Shown piece by piece: positions 15,380 to 25,200 of a stretch of 37,748 bases of DNA; within the stretch, counting starts at the first letter, position 1; each line of letters opens with the position of its first letter. The notes beneath the pieces are model-generated. The model ran no database searches and had not been told where the DNA came from. It saw only the letters and a list, made by a program, of their open reading frames with translations. Where the stretch lies: positions 1-37,748 of the IMG/VR virus record IMGVR_UViG_3300048856_000112; one strand, written 5' to 3'. The DNA comes from a virus (Duplodnaviria > Caudoviricetes). Position numbers and translations under genes: made by a program.

Positions 15380-16315
15380 ATGCCAAACCGCATTCTGGCG
15401 GCCGTCCGGGCGCAGCCCTGGGCGATCCTGCCGGAGTACCTGGAGGCCATCGAGGCGGTCGCCATCCGCTTCATGCAGGCGCCGTCGCTGGAGGCCTTGC
15501 GGGTGGATGGCCACGCCGAGCGCCATGAAGCCAACCTGCAGGCGATCGCCGCCATGGGCAGCCGCCTGGAAGGCACCCGCGATGGCATGATCCGCAACGG
15601 CGTGGCGGCGCTGCCGATCTTCGGCCCGATCTTCCCCCGTGCCGCCAGCATGTCACTCTCCTCCGGCGGCACCAGCCTGGACCGCCTTGCGGCCGATTTC
15701 CGAGCCGCCCAGGCCAATGAGGGCGTGCAGCACATCCTCCTGGTCCTGGACACGCCGGGCGGCGTGGTGAGCAGCGAGCTGAGCGGCATGGCCCGGCTGA
15801 TCGCCACCTCCTCCAAGCCCGTCACGGTCTACGTCTCCGGTGCTGCCGCCTCGGCGGGCTACTGGCTGGCCTGCCAGGCGGGCGAGATCGTCATGGATGA
15901 GCTGTCGGTGGTGGGCTCGATCGGCGTCATCTCCAGCCTGTCGCGGCAGGAAGGGCTCGATGCCGGCGGGCGGCGCGGGCACGAGATCGTCAGCGCCAAC
16001 GCGCCGCACAAGCGCCCCGACCCGTCTACTCCGGAGGGTCGGGCCACCATCCAGGCGCTGGTGGACAGCCTGGAAGACGAGTTCATCAGCACTGTCGCCG
16101 CCGGCCGCAAGGTAAGCCGCGAGAAGGTGCTGGCCGACTTCGGAAAGGGCGGCCTGAAGGCCGGCCGAGACGCGATCCGAGCCGGGATGGCCGATCGCCT
16201 CGACACCCTGGAAGCAACCCTATCCCGCCTGGGCCGGCCTGTGCCGGCAGGTGGCAACCGCGCGCTGGCTCAGCGCGACCATGACCTGCGGCAGCGCCGC
16301 GCGAGGAGCAACTGA
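15380..16315 (+). CDS. S49-family (SppA/ClpP-like) prohead maturation protease
   Basis: PWAILPEYL, LDTPGG, AASAGYWLA, VGSIGV, GMADRL. Confidence 0.93.
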   Translation: MPNRILAAVRAQPWAILPEYLEAIEAVAIRFMQAPSLEALRVDGHAERHEANLQAIAAMGSRLEGTRDGMIRNGVAALPIFGPIFPRAASMSLSSGGTSLDRLAADFRAAQANEGVQHILLVLDTPGGVVSSELSGMARLIATSSKPVTVYVSGAAASAGYWLACQAGEIVMDELSVVGSIGVISSLSRQEGLDAGGRRGHEIVSANAPHKRPDPSTPEGRATIQALVDSLEDEFISTVAAGRKVSREKVLADFGKGGLKAGRDAIRAGMADRLDTLEATLSRLGRPVPAGGNRALAQRDHDLRQRRARSN

Positions 16316-16316
16316 C

Positions 16317-17654
16317 ATGGACCGTATCACCGCGCTGCGGCAGCAGCAGGCGCAGAACCTGGATGCGATGGAGGCCATCCTGGCCGCCGCGCATACCGAT
16401 AACGGGCGGGATCTGACCGCCGAGGAGCAGACGCAATATGACGCCCTGCAGGCGCTGGACGATCGCCTGACGGCGCAGATCGGCCGCGAGGTGGAGCAGG
16501 AGCGCCGCCGGGCCGCTGCCGCCCGCCCGCTGCCCGGTCTGCCCGGTGGCCCGCGCCTCGGCGCCGGCGGCACCGTGCCGGCCGAAGCCGCGCAGCAGCT
16601 GCAGCCCGGCATCGCTTTCGCCCGCATCACGCAGGCGCTGGTGGTCGGCGACATGGACCAGCGCCGCGCGGCGGCGGTGGCCGAAGAGCGCTGGGGCTCC
16701 GACTTCGGCAACATCGTCGGCAACATGGAGCAGTCCACGGCGGTAAAGGGCGGCTTCCTGGTGGATGAGCGCTATGCCGCGGACTTTATCGACCTGCTGC
16801 GCCCGACCGTCGCGGTGCGTCGTCTGGGCGCCCGCCAGATCCCGCTGCCCGGCGGCAACCTGACCACCCGCAAGAAGACCGCCGGCAGCTCCGCCGCCTA
16901 CGTCGGCGAGCGGCAGCCCATCCCGACCACGGATGTGAAGGTCGGCAACATGAAGCTGTCGGCCAAGAAGCTGGCTGCCATCGTGCCGATCACCAACGAA
17001 TTGCTGGTCCGTTCCTCCCGTCAGGTGGACGAGATGATCCGCGAGGATCTGCGCGAGAGCGTGGCGGTGACCGAGGATCAGCAGTTCATCCGTGGCGTCG
17101 GTTCCGACACGGCGCCGACCGGCCTGCTCTATTTTGCACTGGCGGCCAACAAGATCGTGGCCAGCGCCATCGCCGCCAATGCCACGCCGCAGGAGCGGAT
17201 CTCCGCCATTCTGGCGGACCTGTCGCGGCTGAAGTTGAAGCTGCTGCAGAACAACATCCCCATGACCAGCGTGGGCTTCATCTTCTCCTGGCGCACGCAG
17301 GTGTTCCTGGAGAACATCGTGGACGCGGCGGGCAACAAGGCCTTCCCGGAAGTGCAGCAGGGCCGCCTGGGCGCCTTCCCGTATGTCGCCACCAACTCGG
17401 TGCCGGACAACCTGGGGACGGGCACCAACGAGTCCGAGATCTACTTCGCGGACTTCGCGCAGGTGATCATCGGCGACGAAGACCGGCTGACCATCGCCGC
17501 TTCGGACACCGCTTCCTACGTGGACTCCGATGGTCAGACCCGCTCGGCCTTCCAGAACGACGAGACGCTGATCCGCGTCATCGAGCATCACGACACGGGC
17601 GTGCGCTACGACAACGCCATCGCGGTGCTGACCGGGGTGAAGTGGGGCTCCTGA
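16317..17654 (+). CDS. Major capsid protein, HK97 fold
   Basis: N-terminal coiled-coil delta domain (RDLTAEE), GGFLV, YVGE, KKLAAIVPITNELL, SAFQND..LIRV; GAGGAG RBS. Confidence 0.96.
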   Translation: MDRITALRQQQAQNLDAMEAILAAAHTDNGRDLTAEEQTQYDALQALDDRLTAQIGREVEQERRRAAAARPLPGLPGGPRLGAGGTVPAEAAQQLQPGIAFARITQALVVGDMDQRRAAAVAEERWGSDFGNIVGNMEQSTAVKGGFLVDERYAADFIDLLRPTVAVRRLGARQIPLPGGNLTTRKKTAGSSAAYVGERQPIPTTDVKVGNMKLSAKKLAAIVPITNELLVRSSRQVDEMIREDLRESVAVTEDQQFIRGVGSDTAPTGLLYFALAANKIVASAIAANATPQERISAILADLSRLKLKLLQNNIPMTSVGFIFSWRTQVFLENIVDAAGNKAFPEVQQGRLGAFPYVATNSVPDNLGTGTNESEIYFADFAQVIIGDEDRLTIAASDTASYVDSDGQTRSAFQNDETLIRVIEHHDTGVRYDNAIAVLTGVKWGS

Positions 17655-17704
17655 GCCCCTGCATTCACTCGCCTGACTGTGCAACCTGCTGAGGAGCAGC
17701 AACC

Positions 17705-18085
17705 GTGACGAAGACCTTGACCTTCCTGGCGGCGACGCGTGCCGGCACCCTCTACAACCGGGGGGATGTCGCCGGCTTCGATGACGATGTGGCCAATCGC
17801 CTGGTGGCGCAGGGCCTCGCGCGCGAAGGCGTGCATGAGGATCTGCAGCCGAAGTCCCGCGAGCCCGATCCGGTGACCACCCTTGCTGGGGCGATCGCCG
17901 TGGTGGACCCCGGCAATACCCCGGTGGTGCCTGCGCTGGTGGCCAAGCCGGCCGGTGCCGAGGTGGACCCGGACACCGGCGCCGTGACGACCGCCACGGC
18001 CACGCCGACCGCTGATGCCGCTACGGCGGCCACCGAGGGCGAGCCTTCCTTCACGCCTGCCCGTCCGGCGCGCAATCGGGGCTGA
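17705..18085 (+). CDS. Small head-associated hypothetical protein
   Basis: GAGGAG RBS with GTG start; YNRGDVAGFDDDVANRLVAQGLA motif typical of post-capsid ORFs; Ala/Thr/Pro-rich tail. Confidence 0.75.
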   Translation: MTKTLTFLAATRAGTLYNRGDVAGFDDDVANRLVAQGLAREGVHEDLQPKSREPDPVTTLAGAIAVVDPGNTPVVPALVAKPAGAEVDPDTGAVTTATATPTADAATAATEGEPSFTPARPARNRG

Positions 18086-18087
18086 TC

Positions 18088-18699
18088 ATGCTGCGCATCC
18101 TCACGCCCCCGTCTGGCTATCATCTGACGACGGTAAGCCGGGTGCGGGAGGAACTCCGCCTCGGCGATGAGCCGCAGGACGCGGTGATCAAAGACTGGAT
18201 CGGTGATGCCTCGCGCAGCATCAGCGACTACTGCGAGCGGGTCTTCGGCCGGCAGCTGGTCGAGGAGCGCATGGACCTGCGGGACCACGGCGAGAGCGTC
18301 ATTCGACTGCGGATGATGCCGGCCGTGGTGGAGCAGGTCACCTTCGCCGGCCAGGCGCTGTCGGATACGGATTGGTACTACAACGATGAGGGCGGCCTGT
18401 GCCGCTTGGTGGATGGGGAGCCCGTGCCCTGGCCCTGGCGCTATCTCACGGTGCGGTATCGCAGCGGCTGGCGCCTGCCGGGCGAAGCAGAGCGGGACTT
18501 GCCGGAGAACGTCGAGGCCGCCTGCCTGCAGCTGGTGGCCTCGCGCTACCACGGCGGCGGGCGAGATCCGCGCCTGCGCAGCGAGACCGTCGAAGGGGTA
18601 GGCTCCACATCCTGGACCGATTACCGCGCCGGTGCCGGCGGCATGCCGCAGAACATCGCCGAGAAGCTGGCGCGCTACGTCCGCTACACGGTGGCATAG
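18088..18699 (+). CDS. Head-tail connector/adaptor (gp6-like)
   Basis: LTTVSRVREELRL, ISDYCERVF, VRYRSGW, LPENVEAACLQLV; position after the capsid gene. Confidence 0.85.
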   Translation: MLRILTPPSGYHLTTVSRVREELRLGDEPQDAVIKDWIGDASRSISDYCERVFGRQLVEERMDLRDHGESVIRLRMMPAVVEQVTFAGQALSDTDWYYNDEGGLCRLVDGEPVPWPWRYLTVRYRSGWRLPGEAERDLPENVEAACLQLVASRYHGGGRDPRLRSETVEGVGSTSWTDYRAGAGGMPQNIAEKLARYVRYTVA

Positions 18700-18701
18700 C
18701 C

Positions 18702-19031
18702 ATGTCGCACCTTCTGGAAGCGCGCCGCCGCATGATCCAGCAGCGCGGCCGGATGATGCTCCTGCGCCGTGAGGGCAGCGCGCCGCTGAGCGTGGATCTG
18801 CTGGGCTTTCCGCGCGCCTACCAGCCGGGCGAGCTGACCGGCGGCGTGCAACAGGGGGATGAACGGGTGGAAATCCTCAACGATGAGCTGGCCAAAGCCG
18901 GCTGGCCTTCTCCGCCGCGCCGGCCCGATCGTCTGGAGAAAGACGGCGGCGTTGGCACCTTGCAGGGCGCCAGGCCCATCTATGATGGCGCCTTGCTGAT
19001 CGGCTGGAGCCTCTGGGTGCGCGGCACATGA
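18702..19031 (+). CDS. Head-closure protein
   Basis: Position in the neck module; GGVQQGD..V.I, PRRPDRL, terminal LWVRG. Confidence 0.7.
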   Translation: MSHLLEARRRMIQQRGRMMLLRREGSAPLSVDLLGFPRAYQPGELTGGVQQGDERVEILNDELAKAGWPSPPRRPDRLEKDGGVGTLQGARPIYDGALLIGWSLWVRGT

Positions 19032-19441
19032 GCCCGGATGTCTGGGCAGACGCCATGATGCTGATCCGCGACGGCGTGGCGCAGCTGCCGACACCGGTGC
19101 CGATCGCCTGGCCCAATGAGGTGTTCGAGCCGCCGCACCCGCTTGGTCCCTTCATCGCCGTGGAAGGCATGGGAGACGGCGCCGAGCCCCTGGAGTTGGG
19201 CGGCGGCGTCTGGGTCGAGGACGGCGCGGTGGTGCTGCACATCACGGTGCCGACCGGGCGCGGCATCGCGGAGGGGCTGGCGCTGCGCAAGACGGCCGCT
19301 GGCTGGTTCCGGGGGCTGCCGGCCCGACCCGTTCTCTACGAGCGGTTCGTGATGGACCCCGGCGGCGCGGACGAGGACGGCAGCTGGTACCGCCTCGGGC
19401 TGCGCATCCTCTACCGCTACCAGGACATCAGCATCCCATAG
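19028..19441 (+). CDS. Tail terminator protein (DUF4128-like)
   Basis: IAWPNEVFEPP, GAVVLHITVPTGRG, GSWY; position upstream of the tube gene. Confidence 0.8.
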   Translation: MSPDVWADAMMLIRDGVAQLPTPVPIAWPNEVFEPPHPLGPFIAVEGMGDGAEPLELGGGVWVEDGAVVLHITVPTGRGIAEGLALRKTAAGWFRGLPARPVLYERFVMDPGGADEDGSWYRLGLRILYRYQDISIP

Positions 19442-19450
19442 GAGGGCCGC

Positions 19451-19660
19451 ATGGCTGAGCGCAAATTCAAGATCCTCAACGCCAAGGGCGAGGAAGTCGG
19501 TGAACAGACGCTGGATGAGCGCTTCACCCCCATCCTGCAGCCCGGCCAGCGGGCCGAGCTGGTCCTGACCAAGGAAGAGGCGAAGGCCGTGGCCGCCGCT
19601 GAGAAGGCGGCGGCCAAGGAAGGCTCCGCTGCCGAGAAGGCTGGCGGCCCGGCCGGCTGA
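19451..19660 (+). CDS. Small Ala/Lys/Glu-rich hypothetical protein
   Basis: AGGAGG RBS; strongly coding-like codon usage. Confidence 0.75.
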   Translation: MAERKFKILNAKGEEVGEQTLDERFTPILQPGQRAELVLTKEEAKAVAAAEKAAAKEGSAAEKAGGPAG

Positions 19661-19697
19661 TCCCCTGGGGCCGCCAGGCCTTCCCCTGAAGCACAGT

Positions 19698-19722
19698 AGG
19701 CCGCCTCCGGGCGGCCTTTTTT
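19698..19722 (+). terminator. Intrinsic terminator hairpin before the tail tube gene
   Basis: AGGCCGCC-TCCG-GGCGGCCT followed by a T-run. Confidence 0.8.
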
Positions 19723-19738
19723 ATTGGAGGATAGGCCG

Positions 19739-20701
19739 ATGGTGGCCACGACTTCCTACCAGGCTGGCGTCGAAGCCAACCTTGTCCAGCTGGCCTATGC
19801 CCAGGAAAACGCCTGGGGCGTCCCGCCCGCCACGAAGCTGAAGCAGCTCCGCTACACGGGCGAAAGCCTGCGCGGGCAGAAGGCGCGGCAGCGCCCGAAC
19901 GAAATCAACCCGAACCGCGTGGCATCGGCGGCGGGCACCACCGAGGAAAGCGCCTCGGGCGGGATCGATTTCAACCTCTCCTTCGGCACCTATGACGATC
20001 TGTTGTCAGGCCTGCTCGGCGGCGACTGGAGCGCCGACACCGGCGAAGCCACGCTGACCAACGGGCTGATGTTCAAGAGCTTCACCTTCGAGAAGCGGCT
20101 CGGCTCGAACCTGTTCCTGCAGTATCCCGGCAGCTTCATTTCCGGCGCGACGCTGAACATCGCGCGCGGCCAGTTCCTGTCCGGCTCCTTCAACGTGCTG
20201 GCGAAGTCGCAACTAAAGGCCACCACCTCCCTCTCCACCGGCGGAACCTACACGCCGGCCCCATCGGGCCGTGTCGTGGACCCTGTGGGCGGGGTGCGCG
20301 ATGTGCAGCTGGATGGCGCGGCCGTCCAAGCCGTCTGCAACAGCATCACGCTGAACCTCACGAATGAGGGCGCCGCAGCCGACTTCGGCCTGGGTTCTGC
20401 CGAAGCGCAGGGCATGCGCATGGGCAACTTCCTGCCCGCCGGCTCGACGGAGTTCTACTTCCGCGATTTCAGCCTCTATGACCGCTACAAGGACGAGTTG
20501 TTCGGCAACTTCTCGTGGCGCACGCTCGATGCCGGCGGCAATTCCTACAAGTGGGAACTGCTGGCGGGCGCGATGATGAACCCGACCATCACGGCCGGTG
20601 GCCCCGGCCAGCCGGTGATGGCGCGCTTCGACCTGGAGGGCAATCCGGACGCCAACGGCGCCGCCCTCCGCATCACCCGCACCCCCGCCGCCGGCCCCTG
20701 A
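19739..20701 (+). CDS. Major tail tube protein
   Basis: LAYAQENAWGVPP, LRYTGESL, KSFTFEKR, SITLNLTN; GGAGG RBS; precedes the chaperone and TMP genes. Confidence 0.9.
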   Translation: MVATTSYQAGVEANLVQLAYAQENAWGVPPATKLKQLRYTGESLRGQKARQRPNEINPNRVASAAGTTEESASGGIDFNLSFGTYDDLLSGLLGGDWSADTGEATLTNGLMFKSFTFEKRLGSNLFLQYPGSFISGATLNIARGQFLSGSFNVLAKSQLKATTSLSTGGTYTPAPSGRVVDPVGGVRDVQLDGAAVQAVCNSITLNLTNEGAAADFGLGSAEAQGMRMGNFLPAGSTEFYFRDFSLYDRYKDELFGNFSWRTLDAGGNSYKWELLAGAMMNPTITAGGPGQPVMARFDLEGNPDANGAALRITRTPAAGP

Positions 20702-20702
20702 T

Positions 20703-20798
20703 CGCTTGTCGGCGTCGCGACGCCGACAAGCGTAGGGGCCGGCCGCTGCTGCGGGGCATGGCCGGCCCCGTTTTCCCCGCACCCCGCACCTTCCCGCA
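20703..20798 (+). other. Structured intergenic element: perfect 30-bp palindrome plus hairpin/pseudoknot candidate
   Basis: CGCTTGTCGGCGTCG|CGACGCCGACAAGCG (20703-20732); stem GGGGCCGGCC/GGCCGGCCCC (20735-20769) whose loop TGCGGGG is complementary to downstream CCCCGCA repeats. Confidence 0.6.
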
Positions 20799-20811
20799 AA
20801 GGATCTAAGAC

Positions 20812-21267
20812 ATGGCCAAACTGTCTGTCGTGACCGCTGTTGAGATCGCGCCCGAGGGCGACTGGATCGCACCCGGCGGCGACATGGATGATATCGAGTT
20901 CCTGACGGTGGGCTTCACCGATCGCTACATCGATGCCCAGGCCGTCGCGCATCGCCGCTTGGCCCGTGCCTATGGCGATGACATCGGCCGTGTGCCCGTC
21001 GCGGCCCTGCGCAAGGTCAATCTGGAATGCCTGCTGAAGCACGCTGTCTTCGGCATCCGGAACCTGAAGGACGAGAACGACCAGGAAGTCACCTGGGAGC
21101 AGGCGAAGAAGATGGTCTTCGAGGCCCGCTTCAAGCCGCTGGGTGATGGCATGTTCGCTGCCGCGCGCCTCGCTGGGTCGCGCCGCGCCGTTGATCTGGA
21201 AGACGCGGAGGGAAACTCCGGGAAGTCCTCCGGTACCAGCTCGAATGGGGACAGTACCACGAGCTGA
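20812..21267 (+). CDS. Tail assembly chaperone (gpG-like)
   Basis: Position between tube and TMP genes; ends ..EDAEGNSGKSS with slippery G-GGA-AAC. Confidence 0.85.
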   Translation: MAKLSVVTAVEIAPEGDWIAPGGDMDDIEFLTVGFTDRYIDAQAVAHRRLARAYGDDIGRVPVAALRKVNLECLLKHAVFGIRNLKDENDQEVTWEQAKKMVFEARFKPLGDGMFAAARLAGSRRAVDLEDAEGNSGKSSGTSSNGDSTTS

Positions 21268-21566
21268 TCGAGGAAGAGCCGGAGGAGGGTCGGCCCCACA
21301 AGCCGGCCCTTGAGCGCTGGCTGGAGCGGCCGCTCCGGGCCTGGGAACAGCTCCGGGATGAACGCAGCCACACCGTCTTCGGCATCGCCCAGCCACTCGG
21401 CGCCATGGTGCTGAAGTCGCGGCCGGGCCGCATCCCGTGGTCCGCCATCGATCGATGGTGCCAGCGCCATGGCCTGTCTGAGGGCGAGGCGCTGTTCGTG
21501 GAGCGGTGCGTCCGCATCCTGGACGATGTCTATCTGACCTGGTGGGCCGAGAAGGAGGGGAAATGA
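21210..21566 (+). CDS. -1 frameshift extension of the tail chaperone (gpGT-like)
   Basis: GGGAAAC at 21210-21216. The -1 frame reads KLREVLRYQLEW...RAWEQLRDER...RIPWSAIDRWC...LDDVYLTW and ends at TGA 21566, overlapping the next ATG. Confidence 0.85.
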   Translation, partial: GKLREVLRYQLEWGQYHELIEEEPEEGRPHKPALERWLERPLRAWEQLRDERSHTVFGIAQPLGAMVLKSRPGRIPWSAIDRWCQRHGLSEGEALFVERCVRILDDVYLTWWAEKEGK

Positions 21567-22231
21567 GCGGCAGTCGCGCCTTCCGCCGGTCGGTGCAGGT
21601 CTTCGTCGCGCAGAACCTGTCACCAGAAGCACAGTCGCGGGCGCTGGCGGCAGCGGCGCGGGCTGGCCGCGATGATCTGATCCGCTCCGGCCGCGCCGCG
21701 CCAACCTACGCCACCTTCGTGGACGGGCAGCAGGGCGCCAGCGAGGACCGGGTGCGGCCTGGCGGGGCCATCATCTACAGATTCCAGGTCCTAGGCGAGG
21801 CGGCGGTCTTCGCCATGGCGTTCCTGCGCGAGCGCTCACCGGTGAAGAGCGGGACCTACCGCGATTCCTTCCAGTATGCCGTCAGCTCCGGCGGTGACGG
21901 CACCGCCAATCGCTACCTCGGCGCGCGGATCATCCGGCCTGGCAGCTTCGACCCCGAGCAGGTCGGCACTGACGTGGATGAGGTGATCCTGTTCAACCGC
22001 GCCCCCTACAGCCGCAAGGTGGACGTGCAGCTGGTGGGCAGCCGCCGGCTCCGGTTCAGCGTGCCGCCGGACTTGTTTGACGATGCCGCCCAGGCAGTGC
22101 GCAGGCGCTTCCCAACCCTGGCGGCGCGGCGCGTCTACAGCATGAACTTCCCGGGGCAGTGGACCCTGAAAGATGGCCCTCGGGCCGGCAAGCCGGTGGA
22201 GAGCCCGGCCCTTGTGATCGGAAGGAGATAG
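21563..22231 (+). CDS. HK97 gp10-like tail/neck protein
   Basis: SPVKSGTYRDS and NRAPYSRKV motifs; ATGA overlap with the gpGT stop; GGAGGG RBS. Confidence 0.7.
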   Translation: MSGSRAFRRSVQVFVAQNLSPEAQSRALAAAARAGRDDLIRSGRAAPTYATFVDGQQGASEDRVRPGGAIIYRFQVLGEAAVFAMAFLRERSPVKSGTYRDSFQYAVSSGGDGTANRYLGARIIRPGSFDPEQVGTDVDEVILFNRAPYSRKVDVQLVGSRRLRFSVPPDLFDDAAQAVRRRFPTLAARRVYSMNFPGQWTLKDGPRAGKPVESPALVIGRR

Positions 22232-22233
22232 CC

Positions 22234-25200
22234 ATGGCCAGCGTCAGCCAGGTGACCGAAGCCGTCTTTACCAGCCGCTTCGAAGACCAGACCACGGCTG
22301 GCGCGACCGCCGCTGCGCGCTCCTTGGACAGCCTGGGCAACGCCGTGGAGGCGGTGGATGAGCGCCTGACGCGCACCACCAAGACGGCAGCCACCTGGGT
22401 GCGGCAGAACGATCTGGTCACCCAGGCGGCTGACCGGCTGGCCAGGGCGGAGCGCGATGCCGAGCGGGCGCAGAAGGCGCTGGCGGAGGAGTTCCTGGCT
22501 GGCGGCGCGCGCGCAGAAGCCGCCGCGCGCGCCATGGAAGGGCTGAACGCGAAGGTGGAGACTGCGAAGTCTCGCGTCGAAGCGTTGCGCCAAGCCCATG
22601 CCGATAGCCGGAAGGACATGGACGGCGTCAGCGAGGCGGCCGGGCTGTTGTCGCAGCGAATGGATGCTCTGGCGACGGCCAGCCAGAGGGCGTCAGCGGC
22701 GCAGGCCAGCTACAACCAGATGCTGGGTGTGCGCGTGTCCGATGCGGATGCCTATGCCCGCCGTGCGGCTGACATCGCGGCCTATGGCACCGAGCTGGAC
22801 CGCCTCCGGGCCAAGTTCAATCCGCTCTATGCCGCCAGCAAGCAGTATGAGGCCGTGCTGGAGGAGATCGCGCAGGCTGAGCGCATGGGCGCGATCACGT
22901 CGCGCGAGGCGCAGCTGGCCCATGAGCGTGCCACCGCTGCCTTCGCGGCAGCCAATGCGCCGCTGCGTGGCGTTGCCACCGCCTCTGGCACGGCTCGCGA
23001 TGCGGTCAAGCTGCAAGCGCATGAATGGACCAACCTCAGCTACCAGCTGCAGGATTTCGTGGTGCAGGTGGGCTCCGGCCAGGGTGTGTTCCGGCCGCTG
23101 CTGCAGCAGGCCCCGCAGGCTACCGGCGCCGTTGGCGGTGTCAGCCGGGCGGTGCAGCTGGTGACGCAGTTCTTCACGCCGTTCCGCCTCGCCATGGTCG
23201 CCGCCACGGCTGCCAGCGCCACGGTGGCGCTGTCCTACAACAGCCAGGAAGCCGCGTTGGCGACCATGCAGACCCGGCTGCGCGGCGTGACCGCGGACTA
23301 TGAGGCCATGGGTCGGCGTGCGGAGGCGGCGGCCAAGGCGGCTGTTCTGGTCACGCCCGGACTGTCCATCGAAACCGCGCGATCGGCGCAGATCGCCTTC
23401 GCGCGCGCGGCGCCGCGCGGCAGCGGTCTCGACTTTGGCGCCCTGACCGCCCAGGCCGCCGACTTCGCGGCCACCATGGGCACCGATGTATCCGCTGCCG
23501 TGGATCGCTTCGCTGCGGCCATGCGCGACCCTGTCGCGCTGGTGGATGACCTGCGGAGCCAGGGCTTCCCCGGCATGAACGAGCAGCTGCGCCTCACCAC
23601 CCAGCGGATGGTGGAAGGTGGCCAGCGCGGGGACGCCTTTGCCCTGGTGATCGGCCGGATCTCGGAGCAGACCAAGGGCGCCGCAGAGGCCGGGCTGTCT
23701 CCCTTTGGCGGCGCCATGGATGCGCTGTCGCGCCGCCTGAAGTCGCTGGGCCAGGAAATCGGTGACTTCCTGGCGGAGCCGGGCCGGCAGTTTGCGGAGT
23801 GGCTGACCAAGCGGCTCGGCAAGACCAGCGAGGGTGGGGTGTTCGATCCCTCGCTCGGGAGCACCACCGGCATTGGTCGCCTGACCGGCTGGGAGCCCTG
23901 GGGCGGCAGCCGTCCACCGGGGTACAGCGCGGCCAACGAGATGGTCCGCGAGGAGCCCATCCGCAACGCGATCTCCGCCGCTTCTGCGGCGACGGGCGTG
24001 GACGCGGAGATCCTGGCGCGCATCTACTCGCTGGGCGAGCGGAGCCGGCCGAATGCGGATGGCAGCTGGCCTGTCAGCCCCAAGGGCGCCCAAGGTCCGT
24101 TCCAGTTCCTGCCGGGCACCTTCGCGGAGGTTGCGCAGCGATACGGTATCCAGGGCACGCCGACTGACCCCAACGCGGCGGCGCTGGCGGCGGCATACTA
24201 CTTCCGCGAGAACTACCAGAAGTTCGGCGATGTTGACCTGACACTGGGCGCCTACAATGCCGGCCCACGCCGCATGGAGCAGGTGCTGGCTGGCCAGGCG
24301 GCGCTGCCAAATGAGACCGCCCAGTACATCCGCCGGGCGGGCGCAGGTTACAACGGCACGCCGCTCGGCGCTCCGGCGCAGGCTTCCCCCTCGCAGCCGG
24401 TGCCCGTGGTCCTGGTCAACCGTCCAAACGGCTTCGATGCTTCGGGCGCCGATGCCTCCTCGATGGCGCGGCGCGACCAATCCGCACAGACGGTGGATCG
24501 GGCGCTGTCGATGGCGCGTGGCGCCGCGCCAGTGCCGGGCCAGGATGGCACCCTGGCCGTCCAGCGCGCAGGCCTGGAAGAGGCGATCGCGCTGGCCGAG
24601 AGGGCAAAGCAGGCGACTGCGGGCAATGCCGAGGTGCAGGACCGCCTGACGGCCGCGCAGGAAAGGTGGCGCGCAACCCTCGACGGTCTGAAGGGGCCGC
24701 AGGAGGAAGTGCTGCGGGGCCTGTCGCGGGCCGCGCAGAGCGCCAATGAGTACGACCCTGCGCAGCGTGCGGTGAATGAAGCGATCCGTGAGTATGAGGA
24801 TCGCATGCGCGCGGCTGGCCAGATCCCGACCGATGAAGGGCGCTCGCAGGTCCGGGCGCAGAAGCTGAAGGAGTTGGGCGCAGCCTATGTCGGCGCCAGC
24901 CGCGACGCGCAGCGCTCCATCCAGGGCCAGGATCGGCTGGCCGAGGCCTGGGGACAGGGCCGCGAGGCGGTGCAGCGCCTGGCGGCCGAGGAGAAGGCCC
25001 GCGAGGTGGTGCGCGCCTCCGGCATCCAGGGAGATGAGGCGCAGCGGGCCAAGGTGCGGGAGTTGGCCGACGAGTATGAGCGGCTGACCGAAAAGCAGGC
25101 CGACAATGCGCTGCGCGCCTCCAACGACACGGCGCAGCGCAATCTCGATTACCTGGAGAAGGAGCGGGAGCTGGTTGGCGCAACGGCGGATGAGCGGGAA

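Noticed and set aside
16086-17702. 538-aa minus-strand ORF
   Set aside because: Shadow of the major capsid gene.
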